Both the position numbers and the translations under genes were made by a program. Below are positions 39,403 to 49,265 of a stretch of DNA of 64,000 nucleotides, piece after piece (within the stretch, counting starts at the first letter, position 1; every line of letters begins with the position of its first letter). The stretch comes from an uncultured delta proteobacterium (GTDB lineage: Bacteria; Desulfobacterota; WTBG01; CAIYCZ01; CAIRTM01). The stretch covers positions 7,936 through 71,935 of the forward strand of contig CAVRBJ010000002.1 of the NCBI GenBank assembly GCA_963718965.1. The letters are read 5' to 3'. The notes under the pieces are model-generated. The model was given only the letters and a program-made list of their open reading frames with translations. It was not told the origin of the DNA and made no database searches.

Positions 39403-39993
39403 AAACTCTCACCTTATGCGATTTAACGACATATTGAGCATGCAACACATTCACCCTCGACTCGCCGAAAACCAGCAGATCGCTTCCTTCCGTATGCTCC
39501 TGTATTTTTTTCTGAACATACCTCAAGGCTTATGTTCCTTGCTTTGGCAATGCGCGGAGCCTGCAAAAGCGCGTTCTGAAGGCTTATATGGGGATCAAGC
39601 CCGCTGCCCGACGCGGTTACCGCATCGGCAGGCACCAGAGCATCACGGGCAAGGCCGTTCTCCTGCCGGTAGTCTGCAACGCGCTGCCCGACCGCTTCGA
39701 GAAGCTTTTTTGAAAGCGGCCCCAGATTGCTGCCGCCGGAGGCTGCGGCGTCATACCCGTCGCCTGCTGCCGACGGGCGCGGATGAAAATACTGCGGACC
39801 CGCAAATCCCTGGCCAATAAGACTTGAGCCAACAACACGGCCTTCCTCGTATGAGCAGCGATCCACCTGCCTGATGCGGAAACATCAGCTGCCCCAAGCC
39901 CCATACAGCCAGTGGATACAGGCAGCATACAATAAAGGCAAGCGAGGCAGTTGCAATCGCTGCCGTGCGAAATTCTTTTATAAGAGCTTTCAT
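39389..39993 (-). CDS. kdpC: K+-transporting ATPase subunit C, two frame breaks near 39852 and 39508
   Basis: [46 protein letters not shown] (ORF 39751..39993). Then [15 protein letters not shown]...[10 protein letters not shown]...[11 protein letters not shown]...[13 protein letters not shown] (ORF 39423..39866). A hand-translated tail [13 protein letters not shown] ends at 39389. The second break coincides with a 7-nt homopolymer at 39505-39511. Confidence 0.85.
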
Positions 39994-40009
39994 GGTAGTT
40001 CAGCCCTTC

Positions 40010-42032
40010 CTATACAAGATGTAAAGCATTGACGAGAATATCGATTACTTTTATCCCAACAAACGGCACGACCAGACCGCCGAGGCCGTAAATTAACAGA
40101 TTTCTACGCAGCATCACGGAAGCCCCCACTGGCCGGAACTGAACACCCCGCAGGGCAAGCGGAATCAGGGCAATGATGATAAGGGCATTGAATATCACGG
40201 CGCTTAAAATGGCGCTTGAAGCAGACTGAAGCCCCATGATATTGAGGGGCGCAATAACGGGAAAAACGCCGATGAGCATGGCCGGTATGATGGCAAAGTA
40301 TTTAGCCACATCATTGGCAATGCTGAACGTGGTGAGCGCCCCGCGGGTGATGAGCATCTGCTTGCCGATCTCTACGATTTCAAGAAGCTTTGTGGGGTTG
40401 GAGTCAAGATCGACCATATTGCCAGCCTCTTTGGCCGCCTGCGTACCCGTATTCATGGCAACGCCAACATCAGACTGCGCCAGTGCCGGAGCATCGTTGG
40501 TGCCGTCGCCGGTCATGGCTACCAGATGTCCCTCGGCCTGCTCCCGACGAATGAGGGCAAGCTTATCCTCGGGCTTTGCTTCGGCCACAAAATCATCAAC
40601 CCCTGCCTCAGCCGCAATGGCTGCGGCGGTTAATCGGTTATCGCCGGTAATCATGATGGTCTTGATGCCCATGGCCCGGAACCGGTCAAAACGGTCCTTC
40701 AAGCCCTCCCTTGACAATATCTTTCAAATGGATAACACCCAGAACTTTTGACCCATCAGCAACAACAAGGGGCGTACCCCCGGACTGTGAAATCCGGTTA
40801 AGCGCTGCCTGTACATCAAACGGAAAGGCCTTTCCGATAAAATCACATACTGCTGAAGCAGCGCCTTTTCGTATCTTGCGGCCATCTATATCCACACCGC
40901 TCATGCGCGTCTGTGCGGTAAAAGGCTGAAACTGCGCGTGCGGCAGCTCTGCAATGGAGCGGCCCCGGAGGCCATGCTGTTTTGCCAGCACCACAATGCT
41001 TCTGCCCTCAGGCGTCTCGTCGGCAAGGGAGGCAAGCTGGGCAGCGTTTGCCAGCTCCTGCATGGCCACACCTTCCGCGGGGATGAACTCGGTTGCCTGC
41101 CGGTCCCCCAGTGTTATGGTGCCGGTCTTGTCAAGCAGCAGCACGTCCACATCGCCCGCCGCTTCTACGGCCCGACCGCTCATGGCAAGCACATTTTTCT
41201 GCACCAGCCGGTCGATGCCCGCAATGCCGATGGCGCTTAACAGCCCGCCGATGGTTGTCGGAATGAGGCAGACCAGCAGCGCGACGAGCACGGTAACGGA
41301 AAACGACATGCCTGAATATAGCCCGAAAAATTTCAGGCTCATGATGACTACCAGGAAGATGATCGTCAGGGCCGACAGCAGGATGGTCAGGGCTATTTCA
41401 TTGGGCGTCTTCTGCCGCTTGGCCCCCTCGACAAGGTTTATCATCCGGTCAAGAAAGCTCTCGCCCGGATTGGCCGTGACAATGACTTTAATCCGATCTG
41501 ATAGCACACGCGTTCCGCCTGTCACAGCGCTGCGATCACCTCCTGCTTCTCTGATGACTGGTGCGGACTCGCCCGTAATGGCTGACTCATCGACCGTGGC
41601 AACGCCTTCTACGATCTCGCCGTCGGCCGGAATCACCTCACCAGCCGAAACAAGCACCATATCGTGTTTCCGAAGCTGCTCGGCCGGCACCTCCTCAAGT
41701 TCACCGTTTTCATGGATACGGTTTGCCAGGGTTTTCGTGCGGGTTTTGCGCAGTTCATTTGCCTGTGCCTTACCGCGGCCTTCGGCCATGGCCTCGGCAA
41801 AATTGGCAAACAGCACAGTAAACCAGAGCCAGAGCGTTATTTGTAGGATAAAGTCAAATGTTTCATTGCCGGATTTATAAAAAAGTCCGGCAGTCGTAAT
41901 TGCAGCGCCGACTTCGGTCACGAACATAACGGGGTTTTTGAGCATGGACACAGGGTTCAGCTTCCTGAATGAATTCACAACAGCTGGAAGCATTATTGCC
42001 GTATCAAAAAGTGAGCGGGCTTTAGCAGCCAT
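40010..42032 (-). CDS. kdpB: K+-transporting P-type ATPase subunit B, one frame break near 40710
   Basis: ORF 40686..42032 has [12 protein letters not shown] (the DKTGT phosphorylation site). ORF 40010..40717 has ITGDN and [18 protein letters not shown]. Confidence 0.92.
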
Positions 42033-42044
42033 TGAAAATTCCTC

Positions 42045-43779
42045 CTAAAATACAACCGCAGATTTAGTCATGAGAAAATGTTCAACTACCGGGCCAAGTG
42101 AAAGCACCGGCACAAAGGTCAGTGCGCCCACAATTAGAATTGTCCCCACCAGAAGCACGACAAATGTCAGCCCCGCAACCGGAAAACTCCCTTCGCTGCG
42201 AGGGAGCAGCTTCTTTTTTGCCAGATTCCCTGCAAGGGCAAGTATGGGCACAATCATGAAAAAGCGGCCAAAAAGCATGGCACAGGCAAGGGTCGTGTTC
42301 AGCCACGGGGTGTTTGTGTTCAGGCCTGCGAGAGCGCTTCCGTTATTGCCGGTGGCCGATGAATATGCATAAAGTAACTCGCTCAACCCGTGGGGCCCCT
42401 GATTATTCAAACCTGCAAGCCCCCAGTTGCTGACCAGCCGCCCAGGCGGTAAAGCCAAGAATGCTGAATATCAAAACCAGTACGGCAAGGGCGCTCATCT
42501 TTACATCATAGGCCTCGATCTTTTTGCCGACATATTCGGGCGTGCGGCCTACCATGAGCCCTGCAAGAAAAACCGTCAGCACAACAAACACCAGCATGCC
42601 GTAAAGCCCCGCGCCCACGCCCCCGAAAACAACCTCTCCAAGCTGGATATTTAAAAGCGGTATCAGACCACCCAGGGGCGTAAAGGAATCATGCATGGCA
42701 TTGACCGCGCCGCAGGAGGCATCCGTGGTCACCGTTGCAAAAAGCGCGGAATTAAAAATTCCGAAACGGACTTCCTTGCCTTCCATGTTGCCGGCTGAAG
42801 GGTCAATGCCCAGGGCATGATAGCGCGGATTCCCCGCACTTTCAGCCCACCAGCAGACAGAGAAGCTTCCAAGAAAAAGAACCAGCATTGCCGCCCAGAC
42901 CGCCCAGCCGTGCTTCTGGTTTTTCACCATCCTGCCCAGGTAGTAGGTTAAGGCGCTCGGAATTAAAAATATTGCCAGCATTTGCAGAAAATTTGCCAGC
43001 GGGGTCGGGTTTTCATAGGGGTGCGCGGCATTGGCGTTCATAAACCCGCCGCCGTTTGTACCGAGCATCTTTATAGCAACCTGTGATGCCATGGGACCCT
43101 GCGCAATGGTCTGCGCTGCTGCAGCCTGCTGCAGCGGCTGATCAAGAGCCTGCACGGTCACGTACGGCTTGAAATTCTGAACCACGCCCTGGGAAACAAG
43201 AAAGACGGCAAACAGCAGGCTTATCGGCAGCAGCAGGTAGAGATTGATCCGAACCAGATCAATCCAGAAATTGCCGATGGTTCTGGCGCTGTGGCGGCTA
43301 TGCCCCGCACAAGCGCGGCTGCTACTGCAATGCCTGCGGCGGCGGAGACAAAATTGTGCAGGGTAAGGCCTACCATTTGGGAAAAATACGACAGGGTCGA
43401 CTCACCGCCGTAGCTCTGCCAGTTGGTATTGGTGGTAAAGCTCACCGCCGTATTGAAGGCAAGGTCGGGGCTCACGGGCCCGAACCCCTGCGGGTTGAGC
43501 GGCAGAAAGTGCTGCAGCCGAAGCACTGCGTAAGTAAAAAGGAGGCTTACCAGGCTGAAAACAAACAGCGATACGGCATACTGTTGCCAATTTTGCTCGT
43601 CTTCGCTTTTTATGCTGAGAAGTCTGTATAAAAATTTTTCGCAGGGCTGCAGCCACCGGATCAAGAAATGTTTTTCCGCCCGCGTCAAGAACGCTTGCCA
43701 GATAAACGCCAAGCGGCTTTGTCAGGGCCAGCAGCAGGCCCACAAACAGCGCAAGCTGTATCCATCCATATATATCCAT
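42045..43779 (-). CDS. kdpA: K+-transporting ATPase subunit A, at least three frame breaks (near 43670, 43270, 42440)
   Basis: Four collinear ORF fragments: 43402..43779, 43221..43712, 42403..43185, 42045..42458. Motifs: [57 protein letters not shown]. Confidence 0.9.
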
Positions 43780-43794
43780 GTGTCCGCTCCGTCG

Positions 43795-43878
43795 TTAAAA
43801 TATTTCCGGTCTGATAATAGAAACAAAAAGATAGATGATAAGTACGACCCCGATTATGCCGACACCGATTTCCATCAT
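43795..43878 (-). CDS. kdpF: K+-transporting ATPase subunit F (27 aa)
   Basis: Hand translation gives MMEIGVGIIGVVLIIYLFVSIIRPEIF. It is a single TM helix ending in the KdpF-type YL...RPExF tail. It ends 15 nt before the kdpA ATG and is not in the ORF track (too short). Confidence 0.75.
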   Translation of the reverse strand: MMEIGVGIIGVVLIIYLFVSIIRPEIF

Positions 43879-43881
43879 AGT

Positions 43882-43965
43882 TCAAATCCTTTCACAGGCC
43901 AGTGCATAGAGAATGCACAGGCCGAAAAAAATCACTGCTCCAACGATAAACAGCATATCGATCAT
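43882..43965 (-). CDS. second KdpF-like 27-aa membrane peptide
   Basis: Hand translation gives MIDMLFIVGAVIFFGLCILYALACERI. It is preceded by AGGAAGAG and ends 3 nt before the kdpF ATG. The tail LYALxxER(I) resembles E. coli KdpF ...LVYALINAEAF. Confidence 0.55.
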   Translation of the reverse strand: MIDMLFIVGAVIFFGLCILYALACERI

Positions 43966-43993
43966 GATGTTTGTCTCTTCCTTTAAAGAGGGT

Positions 43994-45805
43994 TCAGCCC
44001 GTTTGAGCGCAACCGTAAACGTGCTGCCTTCTCCAACTGTGCTTTCCACAGTTATACATGCCGCCGTGGGCTTCGACGATCTCGCGGGCTATGGCAAGCC
44101 CCAGCCCTGCGCCCGCCTGGGCTTGCTGGCCGGGGACGCGAAAAAACTGGTCAAATATATTATTGAGATACTCCCGCGGTATGCCGGTGCCGGTATCGGC
44201 AACGGAAAAAACAACCCGTTGTTCATCAGCATGCGCTGAAATGGTGACCGCACCACCGGCAGCGGTATGTTTCAGCGCATTTGAAAGCAGATTATCAAAC
44301 ACATGCACGATCCGCGATGCATCCGCCATGACCTCAGGCAGATCATCCGGTACATCCGTTTTCAAGCTGATGCCTGCGTCCTGAAAAGCCGTTGCGAAAT
44401 GCTCTGCTGCCTGCGCAGCTATCACCTGCGGCGAGACAGAGGTTAAGCTCATCCGGGCTTTTCCCGATTCTATGCGGCTGATATCAAGCAGGTCTTCCAG
44501 AATGGCGTTCAGCCGGTCGCTGTCTTCCCGTGCCGCCAGAAGCAGCTCCGCCTGCTTTTCCGTAAGCGCGCCTACTTTTTCTTCCAGCAGCAGGTGTATC
44601 GCCATGCGTATTGAGGTAAGCGGTGTTTTCAGCTGATGCGAAACGGTGGAAACAAGTCCCCGCTTCATGTCATCATTGTGCTGCTGCTGGGTGACATCCT
44701 TAAAAGACAGCAGCACGCCGGTTGTCTGATGCCGAGTGTCAAGAACAGGCACGGCATGGGGCTGAAAAAAATGCTCTGTGCCGTTCACAAACAATTGAAA
44801 AACTTTTTTCTGCTCCCGGGCTGTAATCCGCCGTCAGCCAAGCTGGCATCGGCATGCAATGTGCGTATCCACTCATGCGGGCTGTCTTGAATTTTGCCGC
44901 CGGCGCGCAGCCCGAAAAATTTTCTGGCTGATTCCGTGGCCGCATCTATGGTGCCGTCCATATCTACAATTGCCGTTATGTCGGGCAGATTCTTAAATGC
45001 CTGCTGGGTTGAGAGCTGCATCAGGGCAAGCTTTGCCTGATCGCTGCGCCTGAACTCGCGCAGGCTCTGCACCATATCGTTAAATGCTTCCGACAGCCGG
45101 CCGATTTCATCATGGCTGCCGACCTGAATGCAGAGATTGAGATTGCCCTTTTTTATCTCATCGGCCGACTGAATGAGTCTGCTGATCGGGTAGAGTATCC
45201 ACTGCCGGGTAAAAATGATAAAACTTACGGCAACAAGAGCACCGACAAAAAGCAATAAACCCATTTGCTGCCGGGCTGATGCCGCTTTTGCACGCGCCAG
45301 ATCATTTGCATCGCTCATATTCTGCTGGTTCAGATGCAGGACCTCATCTGCGGCCTTCTTAGTCTGCTGGAAGAGCGGAAACAGTTTCTTGAAATACATG
45401 TCCCGCCGGGCGTCTTGAGAAGTATCAACGATTAAAAAATCAAGCATCACGCTGCGGTACTGCGAAAAAAGAGTGCGGATCCGCTCCGCCTTCTCTCGAC
45501 TCTCCGGGAACAGTTATGTTATTCAGCTCAATTTTAAGAGCCTTCTCAAACTTCAGCTCATTTTCACTTATTATGTCTTTGCCTTCCTTATAGCTGAGCA
45601 GGCAGAAAAGAGCCCCGCTGTCCATCCTCTCCAGGGCTTCTTTCATGTCCTGACAGGCGATAACGCTGCGGTAGTTCTCGCGCAGGATCACATCGATTGA
45701 CTGGCCCAGATCGGAAACCAGGTAAATGCCCTGACTGCCGATAAGTACAAGTATGACCAGCAGCCCGCCAAAGCCTATTGATAATTTTCTTCGAAGATTA
45801 AACAT
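43994..45805 (-). CDS. sensor histidine kinase (periplasmic helical sensor, HAMP, PAS, HisKA, HATPase_c), two frame breaks near 45465 and 44800
   Basis: Fragments 45440..45814, 44785..45450 and 43994..44794. Features: two TM helices, HAMP (IKKGNLNLCIQVGSHDEIGRLSEAFNDM), H-box VSHQLKTPLTSI, N-box LLSNALKHT, G-boxes DTGTGIP / GAGLGLAIA. Start is taken at the second ATG (MFNLRRK), 9 nt after AGGAGG. Confidence 0.85.
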
Positions 45806-45832
45806 AGCATCCATCCTCCTGCATCAATGTTT

Positions 45833-45850
45833 ATGCATAGCATGTGCCAA
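45833..45850 (-). promoter_or_regulatory. sigma-54 (-24/-12) promoter upstream of the kinase-kdp operon
   Basis: The minus strand reads TTGGCACATGCTATGCAT. The GG and GC dinucleotides have exactly the consensus TGGCAC-N5-TTGCW spacing. It lies ~28 nt upstream of the kinase start and directly downstream of a sigma-54 activator gene. Confidence 0.7.
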
Positions 45851-45911
45851 TACTATATCTTCGAAACTGCCCAGAATTACTGCGGTTATTTTTAAGTCGA
45901 AAAACATGGCC

Positions 45912-45956
45912 TTGAATTGTGCAAGAAGGAAAGCTTAAAGGTGTTGCAATTTGCAA
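45912..45956 (-). promoter_or_regulatory. possible enhancer (UAS) sites for the adjacent sigma-54 activator
   Basis: Two related 13-mers, TTGCAATTTGCAA (45944-45956) and TTGAATTGTGCAA (45912-45924), are built from palindromic TTGCAA halves. They lie ~65-110 bp upstream of the -24 element. Confidence 0.3.
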
Positions 45957-45978
45957 GGTCGGCAGGAAAGTTGAAAAG

Positions 45979-47334
45979 CTAAATACCGTAGTCTTTGCGC
46001 TTGCGCCACAGGGTTGCCTGATCAATGCCGAGCACGTCGGCAGCCTCTTGCAGGGATTTTGTGGAGGCAAGTACGCGGCGTATATGCTGCTCTTCGATCT
46101 GTTTCAGCGGGACCGGGTCACCGAGCTGCGGCAACGCTTCGCCGGGTGCGATGCAGGCAGGAAGATATGCGCTTCCTACCATGTCCGTCGGGCAGAGTAT
46201 GGCTGCACGCTCAATCACATTGCGCAATTCCCTGATATTGCCCGGCCATGAATAGCCCTTAAGGGCTTGGAGAGCATCATCGGTAAAGCCTTTAAACAGA
46301 CGATGATTGTTGCGGCCGAAAAAGCTAAGCAGCCGCTGTGCAAGAGCTGCAATGTCATCCTGCCGCTCGCGCAAAGGCGGAATCTCGATTTGAATCACGT
46401 TGAGCCGGTAAAACAAGTCCTCGCGAAAGCGGCCTTCTGCAACCGCCTGCTCAAGGTCGATATTGGTGGCGGCAATAAGGCGCACATCCGCCTTGCGGGG
46501 CGCATAATCGCCCACGCGCTCATACTCCCTGTCCTGAATAAAGCGCAGCAGCTTGGGCTGTATTGAGAGCGGCACGTCACCGATTTCATCAAGCAGCAGC
46601 GTGCCTCCTTCGCATGCCGCTATCCTGCCGGGGTTGTCGCGCACAGCGCCGGTGAAGGCCCCTTTGACATGTCCGAAAAGCTCGCTCTCAAGCAGCTCCG
46701 GGGTAAGGGTCGGGCATGACACAACGCCGAAAGGTTGCTGCGCGCGCCTGCTCCAGACATGCAGCATGCGGGCCAGCACGGTTTTCCCTGTGCCGCTCTC
46801 ACCGCGCAGCAAAACAGTCGCATCAGTGGTCGCAACCTTGCGGGTTTCATTGATTGCAAGCTGCATCTTTGAGCAGGTTGTTGAAAAGTCTAATTCCGGG
46901 GTTAAGCGGCACATATCCTCCTGCAGCGCAGAAACTTTCTGTTCAAGGGAACGAATTTCTGCAACCTTATTGACGGCAAGCTTCACCTGCGCCGGTGTAA
47001 AAGGTTTGGGGATATAGTCGGTTGCGCCGCGGCGCATGGCCTCGACTGCCGTATCGATGGACGCATAGGCCGTAATGACGATAATTTTCAGACAGGAATT
47101 TTTTGCCAGCAGCTGCGGTATAAGATCAAGTCCGTTTGCCGTGCCAAGGCGCAAATCAACAAAGGCAAGCTCAAACGTGCTGCGTGACGCTTCAGCCACG
47201 GCATCATCAAAGTTGCTGACAGCAACAACTTTGTAGCCTTCCGTTTCCAGGCACACGGCAAGTGTTTTGCGGATATTTATTTCATCATCCACAACAAGGA
47301 TATTTAAGGTATGCAGGGTGTTTGTATCAGCCAT
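45979..47334 (-). CDS. sigma-54-dependent response regulator (NtrC family: receiver, AAA+, Fis-type HTH)
   Basis: Intact 451-aa ORF. Receiver ILVVDDE...FVDLRLG; AAA+ GESGTGKTVLA, GAFTGA, ESELFGH; C-terminal HTH LQEAADVLGIDQATLWRKRK. Confidence 0.92.
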   Translation of the reverse strand: MADTNTLHTLNILVVDDEINIRKTLAVCLETEGYKVVAVSNFDDAVAEASRSTFELAFVDLRLGTANGLDLIPQLLAKNSCLKIIVITAYASIDTAVEAMRRGATDYIPKPFTPAQVKLAVNKVAEIRSLEQKVSALQEDMCRLTPELDFSTTCSKMQLAINETRKVATTDATVLLRGESGTGKTVLARMLHVWSRRAQQPFGVVSCPTLTPELLESELFGHVKGAFTGAVRDNPGRIAACEGGTLLLDEIGDVPLSIQPKLLRFIQDREYERVGDYAPRKADVRLIAATNIDLEQAVAEGRFREDLFYRLNVIQIEIPPLRERQDDIAALAQRLLSFFGRNNHRLFKGFTDDALQALKGYSWPGNIRELRNVIERAAILCPTDMVGSAYLPACIAPGEALPQLGDPVPLKQIEEQHIRRVLASTKSLQEAADVLGIDQATLWRKRKDYGI

Positions 47335-47354
47335 GTTTGATGTTTATTTAAAAA

Positions 47355-47927
47355 CTATACCTTCTTTGCAATCATGCTGGCAAGAGCGTTATAGCCGCCT
47401 TTGCCGTCGGGCTCGATGCGCTCGTGGTAGAACAGGACGAACAGATCCAGAAACGACTCGAGCAGCTCATTGGGTTTTAATAAAAAATCGGGGTTATGAG
47501 GCCCATCGAAACGCTGCTGGTCGAGCGTGTAGGTCTCGAAAAAAAGAAGTCCGCCCTTTTTAAGCCCGGCTTTTATGCGCGGCACAAGATCGCGCTCAAG
47601 AAAGTAGAAGTTAAGAATGACGTCAAAATGGTTTTCCGGAAACGGCCATTCGAGCATATCTGCAGAAACAGCAGCAATTGAAACCCCCTTATATCGGGCA
47701 TATTCACGGGCATGGGCAACGGCTGCCTGCGAGCGGTCAATACCTGTCACGGTATAGCCGCGTTGCGCAAGAAAAACGCTGTTCTGCCCGGCGCCCATGG
47801 CGATATCAAGGGCCGTTCCTGCCAATTCCAAGCAAGCTGCATGCTCCAGCAGAAATGCTGCCGGCTCCGGAACATCCGCCAGAGTCTTGATGCTGTACTT
47901 TTCTTCCCATGCCCGTTCATTGCTCAT
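47355..47927 (-). CDS. class I SAM-dependent methyltransferase
   Basis: Intact 190-aa ORF with motif I ALDIAMGAGQNSVFLAQRGYTVTGIDRS. Confidence 0.75.
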   Translation of the reverse strand: MSNERAWEEKYSIKTLADVPEPAAFLLEHAACLELAGTALDIAMGAGQNSVFLAQRGYTVTGIDRSQAAVAHAREYARYKGVSIAAVSADMLEWPFPENHFDVILNFYFLERDLVPRIKAGLKKGGLLFFETYTLDQQRFDGPHNPDFLLKPNELLESFLDLFVLFYHERIEPDGKGGYNALASMIAKKV

Positions 47928-47957
47928 GCAAACCTCTCAGTGCGATTGCCTGGGCTC

Positions 47958-47983
47958 GTAGGAACGGTCGCGACCGTTCCTAC
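47958..47983. repeat. perfect 26-bp palindrome (hairpin between hydF and the methyltransferase gene)
   Basis: GTAGGAACGGTCGCGACCGTTCCTAC is self-complementary over its full length. There is no flanking T-run, so it is REP-like rather than a classical terminator. Confidence 0.6.
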
Positions 47984-48045
47984 CATGTTCGCAATTAAGC
48001 ACTGCCTCACAAAAAAAGAAAATACACTGCACGACTGCATAACCG

Positions 48046-49265
48046 TCACTTTTCAAGCAGGCTCTGCTCATAAGGAAAAGGCGACAGCGCTCTTTTCAGC
48101 ACCCCGTGCACAAATGATATGGCAATGCCGTAGTTGGTAATGGGTACATTCAGGGATTGCGCATCGCCGATGCGCGCAAGCATCTCCTGCCGGTTTATCA
48201 TGCAGCCGCCGCAGCTGATGACAAGGGCGTACTGCGAAATATCCTTATCCACCAGCGGCCCGGCATTGGTCTCAAAAACAATATTTTTGCCCGTATAGCT
48301 GCGTATCCAGCGGGGCAGTTTCACCCGGCCGATATCATCGGGCATGGGGTGATGGGTGCAGGCCTCGAGAATCAGCACCTTGTCCCGTCCTGCAGACTGT
48401 CGATGCGGCGCACGCCGCGCACGAATTCCGCAAGGTCGCCCTTCTGCCGCGAAAAAAGAATCGAGAAGGTCGTAAATTTGACATCATCCGGTATATCGCC
48501 CGACACCTTCAAAACAACCTGCGAGTCACATATTACCAGAGCGGGTTTTCTGCCAAGCCCCCGCAGCGCATACTCTATCTCGCGCTCCTTGGCAGTAACG
48601 GCCACGGCATCATTATCAAGAATATCGCGAATGATCTGCACCTGCGGCAGTATCAGCCTGCCTTTGGGCGCCCCGAGGTCGATCGGGACAATCAGCAGCA
48701 CGATATCGCCATGGCTTATAAGATCGCCGATAATCGTTTCGCGCTCAACAAATAGCTTACTGCCCGCCTCGACGATAAGCTTTTTGACCGCATCGATATT
48801 GTCGCCCGTGCGGCATGAAATGGCTGCATACGGCACACCAAGGGCTGCAACCTTCTCGATCTGTGCAGTGTCAGGCTGCATCCGATCACTTTTATTGAAG
48901 ACTACCAGCACGGCCCTGCCCTGCCCCAGCAGTTCACGGATCAGAGCTTCATCATCCGCGTCAAAATCTTCCCCTGTCGTGACAAGCACGGCAAGGTTAA
49001 TCTTGCGGATTATCTGGCGCGTGCGCTCCACGCGCAGCAGGCCAAGCTCGCCCGTATCGTCAAGGCCTGCCGTGTCATACATATAAACCGGCCCGATGCC
49101 CGATATCTCCATGGCCTTGCCGACAGGGTCTGTCGTGGTGCCCGCCACATCGGATACTATGGCTGTGCTCTGCCCGGTCAGCGCATTAATAAGCGATGAC
49201 TTGCCAACATTGCGTTTGCCGAAAATGCCTATATGGAGCCTGTTGCCGACCGGCGTCGTATTCAT
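48046..49265 (-). CDS. hydF: [FeFe]-hydrogenase H-cluster maturation GTPase HydF, one frame break near 48385
   Basis: ORF 48372..49265 has GTPase motifs GKRNVGKSSLINALTG, DTAG, NKSD. ORF 48046..48378 has the HydF cluster-binding EACTHH...SCGGCM. The break coincides with a GGG/CCC run; ...SLQDG(D)KVLILEACTHH is restored by adding one G. Confidence 0.85.
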
